From Mobula hypostoma (Eukaryota): a stretch of DNA of 64,000 bases. Shown here piece after piece: positions 50,603 to 62,897 of this stretch. Both the position numbers and the translations under genes were made by a program. Each line of letters opens with the position of its first letter. The first letter of the stretch is position 1. The DNA is taken from NCBI RefSeq assembly GCF_963921235.1, contig NC_086097.1:72480001-72544000 (forward strand). Reading direction: 5' to 3'. A model generated the notes under the pieces. The model was not told where the DNA came from, did no database searches, and was given only the letters and a program-made list of their open reading frames with translations.

Positions 50603-53600
50603 ATGGTGATTCTTTTACAATGGAATGCAAGGAGCTTACTGGCCAATGGCCAGGAATTCAAGCACTTTATTAAAGAAATGGTTGTAAAACCAGATGTAGA
50701 GTGTATTCAGGAATCTTGGTTGAAACTAACTTTAGACTTTGTGGAATATGGGTATACAATGATAAGGAAAGATAGAAATCTAGGGGGAGGAGGGGGTTGC
50801 GCTATGTTAATCAAGCAAGGTATACCATATAGGGTACTGGAAAAAGGAGATGATCAGGAATACATCGTGGTGGAAGTGTGGGAGAGAGGGGAGGGAGTGG
50901 TTATAATTAACTTCTACAATCCGTGTAAAAGGTTGGATTTGGACAGCCTATTAAGGATACAAGAACAAAACAGACATAAAGTAGTGTGGTGTGCAGATTT
51001 CAATGCTCATAGCACAATATGGGGGGATCAGATTACAGATCCAAATGGAAAGGTAATTGAAGATTTGATGGAAGAAAGGGATTTGGTGTGTATGAATGAT
51101 GGTAGCGGCACAAGGATAGGTATAACAACAGGAACTGAGTCAGTGTTAGATATTACGTTAGTGTCTAATACCTTGGCTGGCATTAGTAACTGGGGAGTTT
51201 GGACTGCTTCAACAGTAGGCAGTGATCACTACCCAGTTTTATGTTCAGTGGGTAAAAGAGTTGAAGTAAGACCAGGTGGCGGACCCCCAAAGTGGGTGTT
51301 TGGAAAAGCAGATTGGGGTAAGTTCCAGGAGCTGAGTGAAGAAGCATTGACAAAGATTGATATTTCTGGAAATGTAGATGATTTAAACAGTCAGGTGACT
51401 TCAGCAATTATTATGGCAACAGAAGGATCTATACCCAGGAGTAAAAATAGGATGAATAGGAAACTGGTACCATGGTGGACAGAGGAATGTTGTCAGGCTG
51501 TAAAAAACAGAAATAGAGCATTCAGGCTAGTTAAAAGAACCCATAATATGCAGCATTTGGTTCAATACAAGAAAGCACAGGCAGTGGTGAGAAGAACTAT
51601 ACGTCAAGCTAAAAGGGCAAGTTGGAGGAGTTTTTGCAACAAAATAGGAAGAACAACACCTGTGGGAGAGGTATGGGGAATGATTAAGAGGATGGGAGGA
51701 GATAGAAGGGAATGGGAATATCCAGTAATGTTATCTGAGGAGGAAACAGCAGTTTCCAGTAGGGATAAGGCTGAGATCACGGCCAAGTCATTTGTACAGA
51801 TACACAGTTCAGAAAATTTGTCTGAAGAAGGGAGAAGGAGAAGGGAAAGAAAAATGAGCCAACACCCAGGTGTGTTAAACAGGAGGGAAGGAACAGATGA
51901 TATAATTGATGATCCATTTACGTTAGCAGAAATGGTGAGAGCAATAAAGAGATCGAGACCAACCTCCCAAGGGAAAGATCTGATATGCTCTGTGATGCTA
52001 AAAAATCTAGGAGAAGGAGCACTGTCGAAGTTGCTGCATTTTTATAACAGAGTGTGGGAGGAGGGAAGATTACCAAGTGCATGGAAAGAAGCAGTAGTAA
52101 TTCCAATAAGGAAACCTGGCAAGGATCCGTCAAAACCCACTAGCTACAGACCAATTGCATTAACATCAAATATATGTAAGATAATGTAAAGGATGATAAC
52201 AGAAAGGTTATCGTATGAGCTTGAGAAGAGGGGAATGCTGGCAACTTATCAGAGTGGTTTTAGAAAGGGAAGGAATTCCATGGGCTCAGTGATAAGGTTA
52301 GAGACTGAAAGAAGGAAGGCCCAGGCAAATAAAGAATCGGTAGTTGCATTATTTTTTGACATTGAAAAAACCTATGATATGATGTGGAAGGAAGGATTAT
52401 TAATTAAACTGCACAAGATGGGGGTTGGTGGGAGAGTTTTTATTTGGATTAAAGATTTTTTGTTTGGTAGAAAAATTCAAGTTCGGATTGGGTCAGAATT
52501 ATCAAAACAGTACTTAGGGGAAATGGCCCACCTCAAGGTAGTGTGCTTAGCCCATTACTTTTCATCATTATGATTAATGATGTCTTCACAAAGGTACCAG
52601 TGGATATAGTTAGGTCACTGTTTGCGGATGATGGGGCCTTGTGGAAAAGAGGCAGGAACATGGAGCATATAATCAGGAAACTACAAGAAGCAATTGATAA
52701 AGTGGTGGAGTGGGGTTATGATTGGGGATATAGATTTTCAGTAGAAAAAACTCAAACTGTATTTTTTACCAGGAAAAGAATTGAGGTAGGGAAGAAGTTA
52801 AGGATGTATGGGATTGAATTAGAAAGGGTTGGATCATTTAAATTTCTGGGAGTTATATTTGATTAACGATTAACATGGGCAGACCATATCAGGAAAGTTG
52901 AGGAGAAATGTAAGAAAGTAATAAATGTGATGAGATGTTTGACTGGTAGGGAATGGGGAGCACATTGTTCAGCGTTGAAGAGAATTTATGTGGCCTTAGT
53001 GAGATCTGTGTTGGACTATGGAAACATAGCATATGGATCAGCAGCTTGGTCTCTTATAAGGAAACTGGATGTGATTCAGGCTCAGGCTTTGAGAGTGTGC
53101 AGTGGGGCTTTTAAAACGTCACCAGGATCAGCCCTACCGGTAGAAATGGGAATAATGCCTTTGGAACTAAGAAGGATGCAACTGATGGCAAACTACTGGG
53201 CTGACTTGCAGGGGCACAATGATTCTCATCCTGCTAAAGGAATGTTGCAGGAGTGCTGGGAAAATGGGAGGTTTCAGAGGGATACCTTTAGTCGGGTAGG
53301 GAATGATATCGCGAAAGAATGTTGAGTGTTTGATCTAAGGATAAGTCCTTCAGTAGTTTATCCGGTTGTAGCTCCATGGAAGCTTGTATGGCCTGACATA
53401 GACTGGCATTTGTTAGAGGTAAAAAGGAAAGGAAGATATAAAACTGATTTGGTAAATGCATTTAACTGTCACGTGAAGGAAAAATATAGTGATTATACTC
53501 ACATTTATACAGATGGTGCGAAGGAACCTGAAACAGGAGTGACAGGGTTTGGGGTGGTTATACCAGCAAAAGAAATTGGAATCAGCAGAAGAACATCTAA

Positions 53601-54357
53601 TGAGTTAGGGGTGTTTATAGTGGAGATGCTGGCAGTGTTGATTGTGTTGCAATGGGTGCAGAAAGCCAGACAAGTCAAAGCATTGATATGTTCAGATTCA
53701 TCCTCAGTTCTAGCAAGTTTAAGATCTTTTCACACAAACAGTCGGCAAGATGTACTTTATGAAGTCCTTCAGTTAGTTGCAAGAATTGCAAATCAGGGAG
53801 GTCAGATAAAATTTCTGTGGGTTCCAGCACATGTAGGGGTGAAGGGGAATGAGAGGGTGGATGAGTTGGCGAAGAGGGCGTTAAAGAAAGAAAACATAGA
53901 AATGCACATTAGTATCAGTAAAGCAGAGGCGAAGTGTGTAATCTGGGAAAAAAATTAACCAAATGTGGCAAGAAAGATGGGACAGGGAGGGGAAAGGGAG
54001 GCATTTATATCAAATACAAAAAAGTGTTGCAGGTACTAGGGTAGGTAGTGGAAACAGAAGAGAGGAAACTGTGTGGACTAGGTTAAGGCTGGGACACTGT
54101 GCATTAAACAAAACATTGAAAATGATAGGGAAACACCCGACAGAATTGTGTGAGGAATGTCAGGAAGAGGAGTGAGTAGAACATGTAGTTCTGAGTTGCA
54201 GGAAGTGTGGGATACAGAGAGAGATGATGAGTATTAAACTAAGGGAATTGGGGTGCAGGAATTCACATTAAAAGTGTTGCTGAGCATGGGTGAGAGAGCA
54301 CAGGTTAGGGTATTTTTAGCTTTCTTAAGGGGTACAGGGGTTTTTTATAGGATATGA
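50603..54357 (+). pseudogene. ORF2 polyprotein: APE endonuclease, reverse transcriptase, RNase H, C-terminal zinc finger
   Basis: LLQWNARSL, IQESWL, DFNAHS, SDHYP; YRPIALTS, QSGFRKG, FFDIEKTYD, LFADD; IYTDGAK, CSDS, WVPAHVGVKGNERVDELAK; CEEC..EHVVLSC. Stops at 52187, 52864, 53323 and 54173; frameshifts near 52520, 53950 and 54250. Confidence 0.96.
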
Positions 54358-54418
54358 CAGATAAACAGGAATAGGGTACTAGGATGGCCAAAGATGGGAG
54401 GATAAAGTATAGGTTAGG

Positions 54419-54455
54419 GCGTGTGTGTGTGTGTCTGTGTGTGTGTGTGTGTGTG
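54419..54455. repeat. (GT)n microsatellite in the Nimb 3' UTR
   Basis: About 17 GT units with one interruption. Confidence 0.95.
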
Positions 54456-55314
54456 AGAGATTGAGTGAAGTGGTTTAGAATGCAAGTCTATTGCACACTC
54501 CGGAGCAGAAGGTGGTGGTAATGCACCATTAAGCTAGGTGCCAACTGCCGTAAAACAAGACACAGAGAGACAGACAGGAACCAGGTGTGTGTGTGGGGAG
54601 GGGCGGGGGGAGGTGGAGACAGAAGTTGGAGGTTGACCAGTAGGGACACCAAGACTTAAATTGCTGGAATCTGCCATGTAAGTAGGTTGATAATGGGAGC
54701 CATTAAATGAGTAATGAAGAGTAAATGTAACCAGATGGAGTCCATTGGGTAAAGTATGTGGGTGGTAGGTGGATAGATTCAGGAGTGAAGGGGGATGAAA
54801 GAGGATGAAAATGGGAACGTTGAACAAATTTGGATTATTTTCGATGGAGCTTCAGAAGTTGTGAAAGCAGTAAATAAAAATATTATGGGCATTAATCGGG
54901 TAGATTGTCAAAGTCATTTTCCAGAGTTGAAATATCAAATACTGGTAATCATAGGTTAAAGGTGAGAGGGGTAAAGTTTAATTGAGATATCCAAGATAGT
55001 TTACACAAAGAAGTTGGTATCTTAAATGTGCTGCCAGAAAAGGTGGTAGAAGCTAATATGATAGTGAATTTTAAGAGATGTTTAGGTAAGCACATGAATG
55101 GTGAGATAACAGACCATGGGCAGACAGATGAGACCAGTTAAGACTGGCAGTCTAGTGTGTCGAAGGGTCTATTCCTGTGCTGTAGAGTTTTATGTTAAGA
55201 TTTATACAATTGTGTTTAGCTATGCAATTAACAAAGGATGTTTGAAAGTCTCCCGTCCTTATAATCCAGTTCAGAAGTACTTAGTTTCTGTTCTCTATAA
55301 ATGTGTGCATTTAT

Positions 55315-55531
55315 GAAGAAGAGGCAAGCCCTTAACTCCGAGTGGAGTCACTGCGACGCCGTCATGACGGCTTTCTTTTTTAGCAGGTTTTCTTATTTTT
55401 ACGAGGCTGAGTTGCTAGCTCGATGCTCAACCCAGCACGGATGGAAAGTGTGCAAGGGAGCCGGCTGGATTCGAACTCAGGAGCCTTCGCTCCGAAGTCC
55501 GGCGTTGATACCACTACGCCACCAGCCGGCG
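55315..55531 (-). mobile_element. Young tRNA-derived SINE with RTE-like body
   Basis: Minus strand: A box TGGCGTAGTGG, B box GAGTTCGAATCC, (CTT)n tail; imperfect TSD GTGTGCATTTAT (55303-55314) / GTATGCACTTAT (55532-55543); CpG-rich. Confidence 0.88.
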
Positions 55532-55599
55532 GTATGCACTTATAGTTCAATATTGTTTGCAATGTAGTGATCACTTTATCTGTCCATCTAACCATATGT

Positions 55600-56240
55600 T
55601 ACTTTAATTATCTATCCTTTTCCAACTCTAACCTCTATGTTGCTGGGCTCTTACACTGTTCCAATGAAGCTCAACATAAACCCAAGGAACAAACAGTATC
55701 TCATCTTCTAATTCATCATCACAGTTCTTAGGACTCAATAGTGAATTCAGATTGCCAGCATTTCCAGTTTTTTGTTGGAGCTGGCAGTTCCAATGTAAGG
55801 TCATCAACCAGTAATAATAACTGTCTTTGTTTCCGTTCAAATGCTGCCTGAATTGCTAAGTATTTCCAAAGCTGTTTTTTAATTTCAGATTTTCAGGATC
55901 CAAACTGTTTTATATCTCCCAATTCCTGCATTTTTTTTCTTGTATCTCTTACTCATCCATTTGCTTAAATTTAAATATCCACCCGAACTGTGATTAGCAA
56001 ATTTTCACAACCCTCTCACCTCTAACACTACCGTCAATTGTGTCAGCCTGGCACAGTCCCATTCTATCTTTTGTTCTCCCCACCCCTTCCCCTTCTCAGC
56101 ATCTTTAAAAGTATTTGTTTTTTTAACCTTTCCAACAGGTTGACAACCTGTCATTAAAACTGAGGTGTTAACTCTGTGTTCTCCCTCCTCAGGTGCTGCT
56201 TGGTCTGCTGAGTATTTCTTATATGTTCCTTTTTTTAATG
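55600..56240 (+). mobile_element. Highly decayed Penelope-like fragments (GIY-YIG end and pLTR tails)
   Basis: CACTGTTCCAATGAAGCTCAACATAAAC.. (HCSNEAQHK), and tails TGCTGCCTGAATTGCTAAGTATTTCC / TGCTGCTTGGTCTGCTGAGTATTTC; a similar piece lies at ~56600-56690. Confidence 0.55.
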
Positions 56241-59200
56241 ACTGTAGATTCTATGACTCTACCCTGTAAGGTGTACAATTTGTTGTTAACCAATCCAAGT
56301 CCTAAATACTTTTCTGTTGGGCTGACGATGCATTTTCCCAGATTTATATTTAGCTTATATTACATTTATTTCTGTAGAAATATGTTTCTGTGTGAGAAAG
56401 GCGTGAGCTGTTAGTTTAAAATCCATAAGCAGGAGTTATATTTTGTAATCAAGGAGATCCCTTGCTCCAAATAAATACAAGTTAGTAAGGCATTGATGAA
56501 CGTTTCTTTCGTATATGCTTTCACAAACATGACAATTTAACCTCGCCTTTCAGGCTATTAACATTCCTGGAATGTATCTGAATTTCCCAAACTGACAGTT
56601 GCTTCCTTAGACGTTCTTCCAATGAAGCCCAGCATGAATTTGAGGAACAGCATCTCATCTTCTAATACATTACAGCCTCCTAGACATTGTTCTCCTCCTC
56701 TGTCAGTCTGACTTTGTGCTGGAGATTCCGATGAAAATTCAGGATATGAAGCTCCCTGCACTCATTGTCAAAAGGCTGCCATAGTCCACGTGACACAATA
56801 TGCAGCATAAATCAATGATTTAGCTACTGCAGGGCAAATTCCTAATCACCTATCGCCCACATTCTTGAATTCTGTTTCTGCTAAGCCTTGGTGTTCCAGT
56901 GTGTAATAACATCAGGACCTTCAGGATACACGTGACTCACAGGAAAGCCAACGTACTGTGGTCTGGGTTTGACATCCTTAATTTGTTAATTACCTCACTG
57001 TGAATCTTAGAAACCATTTGCATGATCTCCATGCAGGGCAGTGATGGATTTCATATTTTTAAAAAGAAATTAAGTGCTAATTCTTGGTCCCTGATGTGGT
57101 AAATCATAGAAGTTAATTAAATATTTGTATCACAGCTGTCCCTTAAAGCTTCACAAGTTGTTTCAGTTCAGATCATTACAGATTCATGAGGTGCTAATTA
57201 ATTGATTTACAATATTTTACAGCAATACTTTTCTTGTTCCCACTTTGATTAGTAATTGCTCTACATTCTGGCTGTTGAAAATTGTAACTTAATTCCTGTT
57301 GTGTGTTTGTTAGAGATAAATTGATTAAAGTGTTACAGAAAAAGTTACGTTGATAATAATTTTGGCCATTTAAGTTGACTGACATTACAGCGAATCATTT
57401 AGTGCCAGTCAGATATTATTTGGTATGCCTTGTATTTGTCATGTTTTGCAGATCATCTCATCATTGTAAGACATTGAGATAAATTTTCATTGATGTCATC
57501 AATTGGTAAAACAGTAGAACGAATGACCCATTGTTTATAGATGCTGTCCAATTTTACTTTCATTGACTTCAGAGGAACAAAATTCAGGAGGATTTGCTAA
57601 ACCACTCTACCCCTTCAGCTTCCATGGAAGTGAAGTTGAAAATCTGCACCAATTGTCCCTTATATCCTTTGTTTTTTCCACAATGAAATGCAATATAAAT
57701 GAAGCTCAAAATAATTGAAAGCTGTCAGTGATAAATTACTGTGTAAGATACTGAATCATCTAACCTTTCATCTGAATAGAAAGCTTCAATATTATTAGTA
57801 AACTGCAGAAGGTAATGATAAGATAACGTGTGCCAGGAAAAAAATATTATTTCATTATGCAGCTTTATAGGTGATACTTGCCTTCTGAAACATGTTCATG
57901 AAATAACATGCTCATGTTTGCAATGCCAAGATTGTGCATGTGCTTGATTGTGACTTCACTGGGGCCCCTGTGTTAATTTTCCTTACTCGAAATTCTGTTT
58001 AAAGTATTTTATGTCCATAGCTGAATTAACATGCTAAAATATCTGCATCTGCAGGGTATAAAATGAAGTTAATTGCAGCATGTATTATTTCCTTAATTGC
58101 ACTTCGCTCAAATACTCTCTCACAGGTTTTCCTCCTTTTGCATCAAATTTCTATTTTGTCATCCAATTTGTTACTGTTGCCAGATTGACTCAGATCCCAA
58201 GCCTTTATGTGATGAAATGTCTGTGGTCAGGTAGCCTGTCTATTAGTCAGATGTTCAGAAATATCCATGGTAGCAAAGTGAATTCGGCAGGAAAAACAAA
58301 TTGGATAAAAAGGAAGAAATTTGCTATAAAAGGAAGAAAAACTGTGATAGAGTATTATGAGAAAAGTACAATTAAGGAAATGAAACATGTTATAATTAAC
58401 TTCCTTTGATAGCCCACAGCTGCTGATATTTCAGGAAGTCAAACAAATCTACTTATAATAAAAACTGTAGCTCTATCTTACTAACACTGTAAAGGCTCAG
58501 TTAATTTACTGTATTTGCTGGCTGTTTAGCCATTTATATCTTACCTATTTTAAATCAAACTTGTAGTTAGTAGAGATTGTTTTCAAATGCAATGTTCTAG
58601 TCTTGCAAAATTGTATGTGTGCATTCGCAATGACAATGAGTCATCAGATCATTTGAAATGACATAAGATTTAACTGTACAGCTTTTTTTAGTGGAAAAGA
58701 ACTTGAAGTAGAAAATATAAGGTGCTCTTTAATAAGTTGCACTTATGAAAATACATGGGATTATATTGCTTTTAAATCAGTTGATGACAAATTGTTGTTT
58801 CCAGTGGTATGTGGTGGCTCAACAGTTATGAAATTAGATGGATTTGCAATTGCAGCAAATTGAATTTTATACTGTATTCACAGTTTAATACAGTTTACAG
58901 AGGGTATGAGTACATGAGCTCCATGTATAAAATATTCTAGTGCAAAAGTTGTGAAAAAGTATTTCACAATTTGAAACAGGACACTTTTCAAAGACTATAA
59001 AACATTTTAGTAGAGCTGTGCATGAAAACTATGTATTGATATGGATAATATCTTCAAATGAATGCTTCTGTCTGTTCTTACTTTCTCTCCATACGTTTAC
59101 ATTGGCCCAGGTATATTGACCATGTGTCTGCCATCCACACTTGCAACCAGGGGTTACTACTTGCCCAAATTTATTTTAGCTGATGCCAGAGGGATGGTCT

Positions 59201-61041
59201 TATTTGTGCACACTGTCTCCATGACAACATCCTGAACATTGCAAAGGTCTAAGCAAAGCAGCAGAGTAACATGACTAGCTAAGAAGCTCCAGCTGTTTTG
59301 CAGGCTATTTACACTGTCAATTTTTTTTCACTTTTCCAGTGTGTCTAACATTTTGGAATACTGAAGATCGTTAATGCATTTTTAAAACGTAAACCAGTTA
59401 AAACACTTTCCAATAACAATAAAATGCCAAAAATTAAAAGGAGAAAACTATACTTTTCCTTTATTCCCACAGCCCAACAACCCCATTGAAGTCAATGGGC
59501 TGGTGCAGGATCTCAGCACAGATCATCGCTAACATTGTATTCCAGCAGTGCGGAAATGGTCAGGTAGTCTGCCTGTGACTTCCATGGTTGGATGGAAGTC
59601 TTTGGAGGCTTTTAACATTTATCATTAAAATTGTTTTTTTTCCTCTCGTGCTGGAATTGCTTCAATATTAAATTCATTTAGAATTGGTGAAGATGAGTAA
59701 TCCCAAAATAATTAAAATAATTGCCCTGACTGCAATTGTAGCGATGGTGAAATTGACCAGGTTTGCTGTGTAAAGCTGATCTCTTGGTGACTACACTGTA
59801 TGGTTCAATCCAATAATCCAGAACCTGCCCTCAGAAATACCCTGCTTCTCTGTGGGCTGCACTGTTGCAAACTTCATGGATGTAATCAACACTGAAGCAG
59901 TAGGTTACTGTGAACTGCAATATTTACGTGTTGCTATTCTTCAAATAAACATTGAACATCTTAATCCCTGTGAAATGGACGGTAATGCAATTTTGCATTA
60001 AAATAATACTAATTGGAACTTTCTGATGAATAAATTCTTTGTCCTTTAAAAATTAATTCCAGAAATATGGACTATCATTTGCTTCCTTCCATTTGAATAA
60101 TTTTTAAAATATGAATTCATCGTTTACACTTTTTGAAATTTCTGCAGTTCTAATTTTATGTACAGCAGGTAATCTGATTTTTTTGATACTTACTGCAAAA
60201 TGATTAAAATATGAATTTTATTCAGTGTTTTACATCTACATGGTTTTTCTGTTCCAGTCTGTCTAACTGCCCAGCCTCTTTGACCTCCACAATGTTACCA
60301 ATCTCCAGAGTAGAACCTAGCTTTCTTTAAGCTCAACACCAAGTGTTCTCCTGTTGCCTCTAATCACAAAAAAAAAATCCACAAATCTATGGAATTCCAA
60401 AGGAGAACCTGATTTTTGGATAATCTGCAAAGTTGTTGTAGGGTTGCTAATATGTAATTAAAGTTTTATTAGCAAAGGGTGGTGGATGAATTCTTTCAGC
60501 TTGAAATGCTGGCCGTAAAAAAAAGGATTAACATCTGTGATTTGAAAAGTAATATGTAATATGCTTTAGAACCAAATTTATAAAAACTGATGGAGAATTT
60601 TAGAATTCAGTAATATTAAAGAAATATATGGAATATAATGGGAGTAATAAAAAGAAAGAAATACACAATTTATCATGATTCAAAGACGTCTAGAAAATAT
60701 GTTCAAAAATTATATCATTTTAAAAAAGGAAAGGAAATGGATTCAACTGGAGAAATGTCCAATTTTCCAAATTGGGAACATGCAAATGGCAAAGGCAATT
60801 AAAAGTGTTTTTGTTCTCAGATGTCCTTCAAAGCAAATTCAGTTTGAGGCTAAGATTATTAGACTAATAGGTGAAGAAAATCTGTTTGGAATTTGACTGT
60901 TGACCGATCTTTCTTGTAGCCAGAAATTTGAAGATTATTCTGGAATCAACTATCCTTACGTTTGGTCTGGAGCTACTTAGCAGAAAATGATTGCTACCAA
61001 CCTCGCCCACAACTCTTTGACTCAGTACAATTGCCTATAAT

Positions 61042-61640
61042 TGTTCAAGTTCAAATTTAATTATCATTCAACCATACATGAATATAGCCAAACAAGACAA
61101 CATTCCTCCATGGCCAAGATACAAAACACCTTACCAACAGCACACAACACACTGCCAATAGCACATAGCACAATAGCAAATATGGATTCGATAGCAGAAA
61201 AACATACAGTAACAAAGAAAAAAATATATAGCCCAAATCCCTGAGTGGCATGGCCGGTAAGTTATCGGCGGTCGAGCTTGTTCTTCCACCAAGTGAACAC
61301 TGGGGGGCAGCACCGAGCGAACACTGGAGGCACAGCATCGATGGGAGGAACCAGTCCCTAACCCAGTACAGATTTCAGCAGGCAACACTACGGCATGACG
61401 GCCTGGTCCTCACCACAACTGAGGCAACACAGCTACCTCACTTATCAGTATCGCCAGTGAACCAGTGACTTATAGTCTTCTATTTTACCAGTGTGCAGCA
61501 GGGTCTCGTGATCACAATAATAACATCCAAGACAATCACTTGCACTGCCATGACATAACAATGGTACGTATCAAGTCAAGGCGACAACACAAAAACAGTT
61601 CACAATAAGTCCAGCTGCATCACTCACTGATATGGTAGAC
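61042..61640 (-). mobile_element. Non-coding retroposon with (CTTGAA)n-type tail
   Basis: GTTCAAGTTCAAATTTAATTATCATTCAACCATACA tail resembles Rex/L2-type 3' ends; GC/CpG-richer body. Confidence 0.55.
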
Positions 61641-62669
61641 CTGCAGTACTTAATGTTCTGAATATATGGCAATGTCTTGCAATTGTAAAAAAGACGTACA
61701 GAATGAATAATTATATCTTTGATTGGAGCTGGAGTAGCTGCTGCATCCAGCCACTCTGCCACTCTACCGGAAGATGTATTTTTGTATACCTTGTGATCTG
61801 TAGGAAACCTTGATATGCCCCAAAGTGTGCATTTTCTCACAGTACCTTTTATAATAACATTATTTCAGTTGAGATCCCTTGTTTAAGCAGACTTTTCTTC
61901 TTCAGGACAGTAATCTTAGAGAAGGAAAGGCACTCAGTTTTGACAATGTCTCTCATAGATTTGAGAATGTGTCAGAATGCTTTGAAGCAAAATAGGGAAA
62001 CATAGCAACTAATATGTGCATAGTAAGCTTCTACTAGCAACAAAATAGCAATTTGTTTCAGTGGTGCTTGCTGAGTAATAATTATTATCTGGAGTTGTGG
62101 AACTCCTGTGCTTCTTTGAAAATTAATATTTGATTCGTGAGAGCAAATGTCGCCACGGATTATAAAGGTTTTCCCAACCGCCAGCTGATACTTACTATCT
62201 GCACAACTGCACCAGAATGTGGCCACGTGCTGGTGTGGTTGTGCCAGATAGTAAGTATAAGTTTACAATGTTGGATATGATCCCATTACCTCCTGACTCA
62301 GTCATGAGTACGGCCTCATAATTGACACCTGGAGGTTCCATTCACCCTATCTGCTCATCCTCTCTGCCTTTCCTCTACCTGACTCCACTGCCTGGCAGTT
62401 CAAGATTTCTTTTGCCTTTTTTTCCTGCAATATTAATACAGATAATACTTGGCAATGCATTGGGTAACTATCTGGTTTTCTTTAACTTGAACAGATGTGA
62501 TTACCTTGCTCAATAAGATTGGCTGTGTGTTGTGGAACTGCTTGCAATTAATAGGTGTATTTTGTTTCTAAGTTATTATCATTATCAGTTTATAGGTTGA
62601 TGATCTTTTTATTGATCCAACTGGTATTCAATTTGTAAATGCTGTTATTGTCTTGCAAAGTACATGATT

Positions 62670-62897
62670 CATTTATTCACCACCCAGCAACCCCCAATTT
62701 AACCCTAGCCTAATAACGGGACAATTTACAATGACCAATTAACCTAACAACTGGTACATCTTTGGAGTGTAGGAAGAGACTGGAGTACCCCGAGGAAACC
62801 CACTCGGTCACAGGGAGAACATACAAACTCCTACAGACAGCGTAGGGAATTTGAACCCAGGTCGCTGGCATTGTAAAGCGTTGTGCTAACCACCTTC
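62670..62897 (-). mobile_element. V-SINE
   Basis: Collinear with 44400-44598 (ACAATGACCAATTAACCTA..GGAAACCCAC..GAATTTGAACCCAGGTCGCTGG). Confidence 0.88.

Larger units (their letters stand above)
49217..54576 (+). mobile_element. I-group (Nimb-like) non-LTR retrotransposon, 5'-truncated, 11-bp TSD
   Basis: GGAACCAGGTG at 49206-49216 and 54577-54587; gag-like ORF1 plus APE-RT-RNase H ORF2; 3' UTR with (GT)n and GGTGGTGGTAATGCACC motif; AGAC-like tail. Confidence 0.93.
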
